Part shown: positions 58,081-64,000 of the stretch, piece after piece | How the letters are laid out: the number at the start of each line of letters is the position of its first letter | Numbering within the stretch: the stretch's first letter is position 1 | NCBI GenBank assembly: GCA_048939625.1 | Contig: JBHLPH010000010.1 | Location: 9,943-73,942, forward strand | Origin: Promethearchaeota archaeon | GTDB lineage: Archaea; Asgardarchaeota; Hermodarchaeia; Hermodarchaeales; Hermodarchaeaceae | Direction: 5' to 3' | Length of the DNA: 64,000 nt | The notes under the pieces: generated by a model | What the model was told of the DNA's origin: nothing | The model's database searches: none | Seen by the model: only the letters and a program-made list of their open reading frames with translations | Program-made: the position numbers and the translations under genes

Positions 58081-59097
58081 TTGCAAGCCATAATTCTAGC
58101 CAGTGGACGTGGAGCACGATTCCGTCCGCTTACTGACACTCTTCCCAAGCCTCTACTACCGCTACTCAACCGACCTCTCCTTGAGCATCTCCTCACAAAC
58201 CTCACGAAAGTAGGCTGCACTGACTTCTACGTCACTGTCGGTTACGCTCACACCCAACTTGAACAATTTCTTACAGCTCTTCAAGATTCCTCTTCAATAG
58301 AATCTGTGTATATACCTGATTGGGAACAAGGACCTCTCACTTCATTCCGCACAGCTCTTCTCTACATCAACTCAAATGAACCATTCCTTCTTGTTCCAGC
58401 CGACCTCTATATCTCTCCACAAAATCTGAAACTACTTACTTCTTCCGATTTACCGATGACCATCCTGTATGATCCACAAACCCCTCTCCCTGGAACTCAG
58501 CTCCAAATAGATTCATCCCACCAAGTTAGCAAAATCGTCCAATCGCTTACCTTTCGGTCAAATCATTACTCCACAATTCCTGCGCTCCGTGGGACTCCTG
58601 AATTTCGCACTTTCAGTATCAAAAATCATCTTGAAACACAATCCACGGTGTTCACCCTCCTACGTCAATGGCTCCGCCTTGGACATCCTTTGCAAGGAGT
58701 GCCAATCCACGACTCACGCTGGTGCGATGTTGACAGTCCACATCAGCTTCTCGATTTGAATCAGCATCTTCTAACCAGAGCGTGGCCCCCTGACCCTGTA
58801 CCCCCAGGCACTTATGTTCCTTCAGATTCCTCTTTAGAGGGACCACTTCACGATACAACCCTCACACTCGGTGAACACTCCAAAATTTTAGGACCCACGC
58901 TTCTTGGTCCCAACGTTGAAGTGGGTGATCATTGTCTAATCCGTGGAGGCACAACTCTTGGTTCGGCAACTCGTATTCAAGCCAATTCTGAATTGGCCCA
59001 CTGTATTACTCTCCCCCATACACACGTGCCATCCAACGTTGATCTGAGCAGGTCGCTTTTAGATGCCCATGGCAATATTTTACATGCCGACGAATGA
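58081..59097 (+). CDS. Sugar-phosphate nucleotidyltransferase-like protein with short left-handed beta-helix
   Basis: ILASG.G.RF.PLT...PKPL; W.DVD.P; hexapeptide-like repeats at the C-terminus. Confidence 0.78.
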   Translation: MQAIILASGRGARFRPLTDTLPKPLLPLLNRPLLEHLLTNLTKVGCTDFYVTVGYAHTQLEQFLTALQDSSSIESVYIPDWEQGPLTSFRTALLYINSNEPFLLVPADLYISPQNLKLLTSSDLPMTILYDPQTPLPGTQLQIDSSHQVSKIVQSLTFRSNHYSTIPALRGTPEFRTFSIKNHLETQSTVFTLLRQWLRLGHPLQGVPIHDSRWCDVDSPHQLLDLNQHLLTRAWPPDPVPPGTYVPSDSSLEGPLHDTTLTLGEHSKILGPTLLGPNVEVGDHCLIRGGTTLGSATRIQANSELAHCITLPHTHVPSNVDLSRSLLDAHGNILHADE

Positions 59098-59103
59098 GGT
59101 GAA

Positions 59104-59733
59104 TTGAGGATGCCATCACGATTTCGACTTCGACGGGTGTTCGGTCCCTTAGTCCGTCTAATGGCTCGTGGTTGCATCCGGCTACGGCTCTCCCCCAACG
59201 CGGTTAGTGTATTAGCCTTCTTTTTTGCCTGCTTAGCCGCTCTGCTCCTCACCCTTTATCATTGGATGGTGGTATACGGAATCTTAGTATTCATTGCTGG
59301 AGTTTTCGACGGAGTAGATGGGGAAGTTGCTCGCCAAACGAATCGGGTCACATTAGCGGGCGGGTTTCTTGATTCTCTGCTAGATCGAATCGCTGATGTA
59401 GTGGTATTGTTACCCTTTTTGTGGTTACCTAATCCGTTTCCCCAGTGGGGACCTAGCTGGTGGTGGGTGACTGCCACTATCACCGGTGTTCTCCTTGTGA
59501 GTTATACCAGAAGTCGCGCTCAAGCGGCCGGCGTCACCGATACTGATGTTGGGCTAGCCGCCCGCTCGGAACGACTTTTCCTCCTGGTGCTCACAAGTCT
59601 GTTTGCTTTTCTGCATCCTCCGCTTCAGTATATCGGCCTGGTCTTGGTGGCAATTCTTAGTCATCTTACAGTAGTGTACCGGGTGGTGTATTATCGAGGT
59701 CAACTCCGGAAAATGGCTACTCCGAAAGTTTAA
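59104..59733 (+). CDS. CDP-alcohol phosphatidyltransferase (archaetidylinositol-phosphate synthase-like)
   Basis: DGVDG..AR...G...D...DR..D motif, plus VSY.R.RA and G...R.ER. Confidence 0.88.
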   Translation: MRMPSRFRLRRVFGPLVRLMARGCIRLRLSPNAVSVLAFFFACLAALLLTLYHWMVVYGILVFIAGVFDGVDGEVARQTNRVTLAGGFLDSLLDRIADVVVLLPFLWLPNPFPQWGPSWWWVTATITGVLLVSYTRSRAQAAGVTDTDVGLAARSERLFLLVLTSLFAFLHPPLQYIGLVLVAILSHLTVVYRVVYYRGQLRKMATPKV

Positions 59734-59763
59734 ACCTACGGAATTGATGGAGCTACGCGTGTC

Positions 59764-60489
59764 ATGCCAGATGATATTTCTGTGTCACACAGTTCAGGAC
59801 CCGAGGCGCTGAGTCAGGCGGTTGCAAAACATCACCTAGTTGTTCTTGTCGATGTCCTTCGGGCAAGTAGCACAATAATAACGGCTCTAGCGCATGAAGC
59901 CTCGAAGATTATTCCTGTGCCCACTGTCGAGGAAGCTCGTGAACTGATTTACCATTATCCGAATGGATTTCTGGCTGGGGAACGTGCGGCGCATCCTCCT
60001 GCAGGGTTTGATTTTGGGAATTCCCCCAGAAGCTTTATGACGACCCGCATCCGGGATCGACCCATCATCTTAACGACTAGTAATTTTACGCGCACTCTTG
60101 GGAAACCCCCAGCCTCCGCAGCCATTCTCGTTGGTGCTTTTCTTAACATTGATCATGTAGCCCGTACTGCGCGTGCTTTATCTGCGCAACTCCAACAACC
60201 GATTTCAATCATTTCTGCAGGCAGTATGCACGGCATTTCTATGGAAGACGATTTTACCTCCTCTCAGATAATCATCCGAATTCAAGATCCCGATGGACCC
60301 CCAGGATATGCTGATATCGGAGACCTAGCCCGAGAACTGCTCGTTAGTCGTCATGGAAACCTGTTAATCCAGGCAGGCTATGAAGATGACATCTATTTTT
60401 GTGCACAGCCGAACCTGTATAGTCTAACCCCAATATTCCATGATGGGGGGTTCATTCCCTACTCGCCTGAACTCCAATTTTCTGACTAG
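59764..60489 (+). CDS. ComB-like (2-phosphosulfolactate phosphatase family) phosphatase
   Basis: DVLRASSTI, GER, FD.GNSP, LTTSN.T, ED. Confidence 0.85.
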   Translation: MPDDISVSHSSGPEALSQAVAKHHLVVLVDVLRASSTIITALAHEASKIIPVPTVEEARELIYHYPNGFLAGERAAHPPAGFDFGNSPRSFMTTRIRDRPIILTTSNFTRTLGKPPASAAILVGAFLNIDHVARTARALSAQLQQPISIISAGSMHGISMEDDFTSSQIIIRIQDPDGPPGYADIGDLARELLVSRHGNLLIQAGYEDDIYFCAQPNLYSLTPIFHDGGFIPYSPELQFSD

Positions 60490-60723
60490 TGTTACAGGTC
60501 AAAGATGGACGGTTCAAATTTCTTGGTTTTTGTCGGCTTTTTTTCTAAACCGAGATTACGAAATCAACAAAATTCTCTATTCCAGTTGCTGTGGTCAAAT
60601 AGGGTATTTATCGTTTAGAAGCCAAGTTCTAAGGGCTACAGAGTTCCGGAAATCGATGACCAAAATAGTAGCGAAAAGCATCTAGCTTTACACCAATTGG
60701 CTAGAGGGAGGTAAGCACGAAAT

Positions 60724-62904
60724 ATGAAGCAATCCCGGACTGCAGCCGGGCTTCATATCCTCTGTCTTACGATAAGTATAATCCTGCTGTTTAATGGATT
60801 TGTCTTGTTGGTTCCATTAGGCTCCTCTAGCCTTCGTGCTACTTCTCACCTCCCCAATAGCTCTCTCAGGTTTTCAACCCCTCAAAGGAGGCTCCTTACA
60901 CCTCATGGGCGTGCTCAGCTTCCTGACAATCAAAGTGAACTTGTTGCCCAATTAACTTGGCAGCAACAGAAAGAATGGGCCAATTTGAATAGTCGCACAG
61001 AATTCAGTATCACCTTTGAACAAGGCCTGTTACGCCACGAGACGATGCAATTTACCAACATTCATCCCGAACCACTCCAAATCGCTGTTGAAGATTATAA
61101 TCCAGCTAATTGCCCCTTCGAGGATTACATTTGGACAGATGAAGAGTCCTATATGAGTTTCTACATTAACGGTTCAGAACCAGTTCGCATCAATGGGTTC
61201 TGGATTTACCTTCGTGGGGAATCACAGGGCATTTTCCGATACCGCGTCTACGGGGCCGAACCAGGAATCCAAGCTACAACTTTTGTCAATACATCCGCAT
61301 CCTTCACAGACTGGGTTGAAGTCCCCATCTCACCGACGCTCGAACCAGGGGAAGAATATTGGTTTTGGGTTGATGCAAATGAAAGTGCATTAGTTCTTGA
61401 TCCCTTGTCTACCTATGCGAATACTTTCTATTTTGGCTTGGGTCGTGCCTTTGGAGCAACGACTGACACGCACATCAATTGGGTTTACTGTCGAGATGAT
61501 GTGAACCCCGATGAAGAAGACGAAGGTGATTGCTATGGACATTTTAATTCCTGGTCTTACCGTACTCGTGATCTGTTCCTCAACGTGTCTATTTTGCCTG
61601 AATCTACAGATCTTTACCCTGTGGACATCGATATGCGCGTTAATGGGAAATCCGTCTCAAATCTGGGACCTCCTTCAGTTGGATTATGGGACAGTGAGGA
61701 CTACGAACCTCCAATTGTACTAAATGGCGATGCTCGCAGCTATCGTGTGGTGGTGGACTGGCCAGATTTCTATCAATGGTCAATTAACTATAATGTCCAA
61801 CTGGAAGGGAATTTTGTCGATTCGGTTTTAGTAATTTCTACACCAACTTCTGTCTATTTGGATGCAAACTGGCTACTCACGATAATCGTTGATTTCCCGA
61901 CAGGAATTACAAATCAGACAATCATACTTGCTCTTCCCTCTAACTGGACACTCCAATTTCTTCATCGAAACACCCTCCTTTATACGGATTGGCATTTGGA
62001 AGACTCTCTGCTTATCATAAATAATGCAGAAGATGGGCTTTGGCACCTCTATTGTATGGCGCCTGTCTCACCACTATCATTCTCCTGGTGGGGGCTCCAT
62101 TTAGGACTCGTTATCCTCGCTTTGATATTATTGGTCCTTTTCATTTTTTACCGCCAACAAATCTTGCTCCCGCGCCAACGGCGTCATCGTCGAGACCTTC
62201 AAGCGCTTGCTGACTCTTTTTATGATATCCATAAAATCCGACGCATCTTGCTAATTCACCAGGAAACGGGACTTTGCTTGTTAGACCCCATCGTTGATCG
62301 AAAAATGAAGGCGAATCTAGTAAGTGCTCTCATCCAAGCTATTACCGCTTTCGGATTAAACCTCACTGAAACCGAAGACTCATCCGATACACTCGATGTC
62401 ACTTCCTCGCTTCAGCAAATCACTTACCGCGACTTCCATATCATCGTCCATGATGGTCAGTATATGCGGAATGCCCTCATCTTCAAACAACCTCCCAGTA
62501 GTCAATTAGGGAAACGCTTAGAGGAATTTACAGAACGGTTCGAGGATCAATATCAGGATACCCTTGAAAACTGGGTCGGACGGCTGAACCTCTTTGATGA
62601 CGCCATCGACCTAGTTGATGAATACCTGTTTATTTCTCTGCGCCTCCCTCACATTGTGCAATCCGAACCCGGGTCTCACCTTTCTCTGTCTGCAACTGAA
62701 CGAGCCTTATGTGCCTTAGCCAAAACCTTGAGAAGGGAGGACGGGACCTTCACTATCTACACCCTCGTTGAAAAATACTTACAAGAAAGAGGCGTTCAAC
62801 GCATCGAAGTCTTCGAAGCGCTCTTCACACTCCGTGAAAAAGGAATTCTCGTTCCAATGCAGACTGAATTTCCTTATGAATTCAGTAACAATGCTTCTAC
62901 ATAA
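60724..62904 (+). CDS. Membrane protein: N-terminal anchor, beta-rich ectodomain, TM helix, cytoplasmic longin-like domain
   Basis: Hydrophobic aa ~10-32 and ~455-477; C-terminal LLIH.ETG.CL...NLVSALI.AI..F...F...FE..Y pattern. Confidence 0.7.
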   Translation: MKQSRTAAGLHILCLTISIILLFNGFVLLVPLGSSSLRATSHLPNSSLRFSTPQRRLLTPHGRAQLPDNQSELVAQLTWQQQKEWANLNSRTEFSITFEQGLLRHETMQFTNIHPEPLQIAVEDYNPANCPFEDYIWTDEESYMSFYINGSEPVRINGFWIYLRGESQGIFRYRVYGAEPGIQATTFVNTSASFTDWVEVPISPTLEPGEEYWFWVDANESALVLDPLSTYANTFYFGLGRAFGATTDTHINWVYCRDDVNPDEEDEGDCYGHFNSWSYRTRDLFLNVSILPESTDLYPVDIDMRVNGKSVSNLGPPSVGLWDSEDYEPPIVLNGDARSYRVVVDWPDFYQWSINYNVQLEGNFVDSVLVISTPTSVYLDANWLLTIIVDFPTGITNQTIILALPSNWTLQFLHRNTLLYTDWHLEDSLLIINNAEDGLWHLYCMAPVSPLSFSWWGLHLGLVILALILLVLFIFYRQQILLPRQRRHRRDLQALADSFYDIHKIRRILLIHQETGLCLLDPIVDRKMKANLVSALIQAITAFGLNLTETEDSSDTLDVTSSLQQITYRDFHIIVHDGQYMRNALIFKQPPSSQLGKRLEEFTERFEDQYQDTLENWVGRLNLFDDAIDLVDEYLFISLRLPHIVQSEPGSHLSLSATERALCALAKTLRREDGTFTIYTLVEKYLQERGVQRIEVFEALFTLREKGILVPMQTEFPYEFSNNAST

Positions 62905-62948
62905 TCGTGGAGCACTTCGAACTACCCAACGTCAACAGCTTGTCTCAA

Positions 62949-63623
62949 CTAGCGTCGCATCCACGTTACTGCACCCAACTCAGTAACGAAAATACAAGGT
63001 AAATCAAACTCGATGGCCAGTTGATATAATGCCAAGGCACACACCTTGCCTCCACCGGTGACATCGACCAGAATAGAATACTCGCGAACCAGATCTTGGG
63101 AGAGACTGTACACCAGTTCATACATTTTCCCTAAATCATGTACAAAAATATCTTCAGGCACTTCATGTAAAATCCGATCCGGGGTCAATCCACTTAAGCG
63201 GCGCCGTGCGGCTTCTTCGACGAAATAGTGGTACTTTTCAGGACGAAGAGCGGTTTCTGCTCGAATCCGTTTCGGTACTGCATGTAAAACACTGGGGTCA
63301 TCGCCAATCGCTCCAATATAGGCTACAGGTGCGTTGACACCTAACACTCGACGTACACTTTGGATTTCATGGGGGACTAATCGGGCGGCTTTTTCTTTCC
63401 CATCTCGGAAGCGTTCAATCAGCCCATTATTTTCCAGATGCTGTAAATTGAAGTAGAGCATAGCATCGGACACTTCATCCACAGGTTTGGACACACGCCG
63501 TGCAATGGCGGCCCGTAACACCAATCCGGTTTGAGGACCATCCAGAAGATGGCGGAGGATAATCTTGCGTGCTTCGACGCCGCCGATGACCCGTTTAACT
63601 TTACCCTCAGACACAGTTGCCAC
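62949..63623 (-). CDS. Winged-HTH plus CARF-like domain putative transcription regulator
   Basis: N-terminal IL..L..GP...LY.NL..LE..GLI wHTH; C-terminal Rossmann-like region with IG.IG.DP and ILVDVTGGGK. Confidence 0.72.
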   Translation of the reverse strand: MATVSEGKVKRVIGGVEARKIILRHLLDGPQTGLVLRAAIARRVSKPVDEVSDAMLYFNLQHLENNGLIERFRDGKEKAARLVPHEIQSVRRVLGVNAPVAYIGAIGDDPSVLHAVPKRIRAETALRPEKYHYFVEEAARRRLSGLTPDRILHEVPEDIFVHDLGKMYELVYSLSQDLVREYSILVDVTGGGKVCALALYQLAIEFDLPCIFVTELGAVTWMRR

Positions 63624-63925
63624 CGATGATGGACGGTTCGCTCTTCCAGTGAAGCTCTCCCTGCAGACAGGTTGCTACATACCAACCCTACAAAGTCCGG
63701 CATATAAATGGCTCGTCCCCACGCCTCTTTGTCTAGACGAGTTTGCGGTTTAATTCAACAACACTATCACTAATAACGTTGATAGAGATGACGCCAAAAC
63801 CTGCCTCAATCTTTAAAAGCAAAATTCGAAGTGCTATGACTGGGAATACAAAGACCAGCCTGGGAAGTATTCCAGCCTGACTTACCCTTTTACCTAAAAA
63901 CCTTCGAAGGAGATGAAGCTATCCA

Positions 63926-64000
63926 ATGGCAACAGAAGAAGAAATGGTCACCGCCAAACCCTTGGTGGTTGACAACGGCACCGGCCTCAGCAAAAACGGC
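63926..64000 (+). CDS. Asgard actin (N-terminal 25 codons, truncated by the window end)
   Basis: MATEEEMVTAKPLVVDNGTGLSKNG contains the actin phosphate-1 motif (cf. LVVDNGSGMCKAG); SD-like GGAGATGA at 63909-16. Confidence 0.85.
   Translation, partial: MATEEEMVTAKPLVVDNGTGLSKNG

Overview
Archaeal chromosome segment, almost certainly Asgard: an actin N-terminus (VVDNGTGLSKNG) starts at the right edge and a membrane protein with a longin-like tail is present. It is mostly core informational genes: the end of the S10/spc ribosomal cluster with secY-adk-EMC3-cmk-eL14-cbf5, tRNA-Ser(GGA), the alpha cluster (uS13-uS4-uS11-rpoD-eL18-uL13-uS9-rpoN-uS2), an Aeropyrum-type modified mevalonate cluster, L7Ae-eS28-eL24, aIF5B, eS6-aIF2gamma-PIN-rpoE-spt4-eS24-eS31-kae1-bud32-rdgB, a stand-alone TnpB element, uS15-RecJ-eS1, the RNase P/proteasome/exosome superoperon, an ECF module, t6A genes and a lipid-headgroup-like trio. 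Signals the ORF track misses or misreads: (1) cbf5 is split by a 40-nt intron (12818-12857) with bulge-helix-bulge geometry, whose removal restores INLD|KPPGPTSH, away from the catalytic-Asp site known in Crenarchaeota; (2) a wHTH-CARF regulator transcribed divergently from the actin gene; (3) an apparent AUC start for rpoE'; (4) a candidate box C/D sRNA plus a JAMM protease inside the proteasome superoperon; (5) a k-turn over the L7Ae Shine-Dalgarno; (6) long Lys/Ala/Pro/Glu-rich tails on about ten ribosomal, RNAP and exosome subunits. All calls come from motif recognition and gene order; no searches were run.
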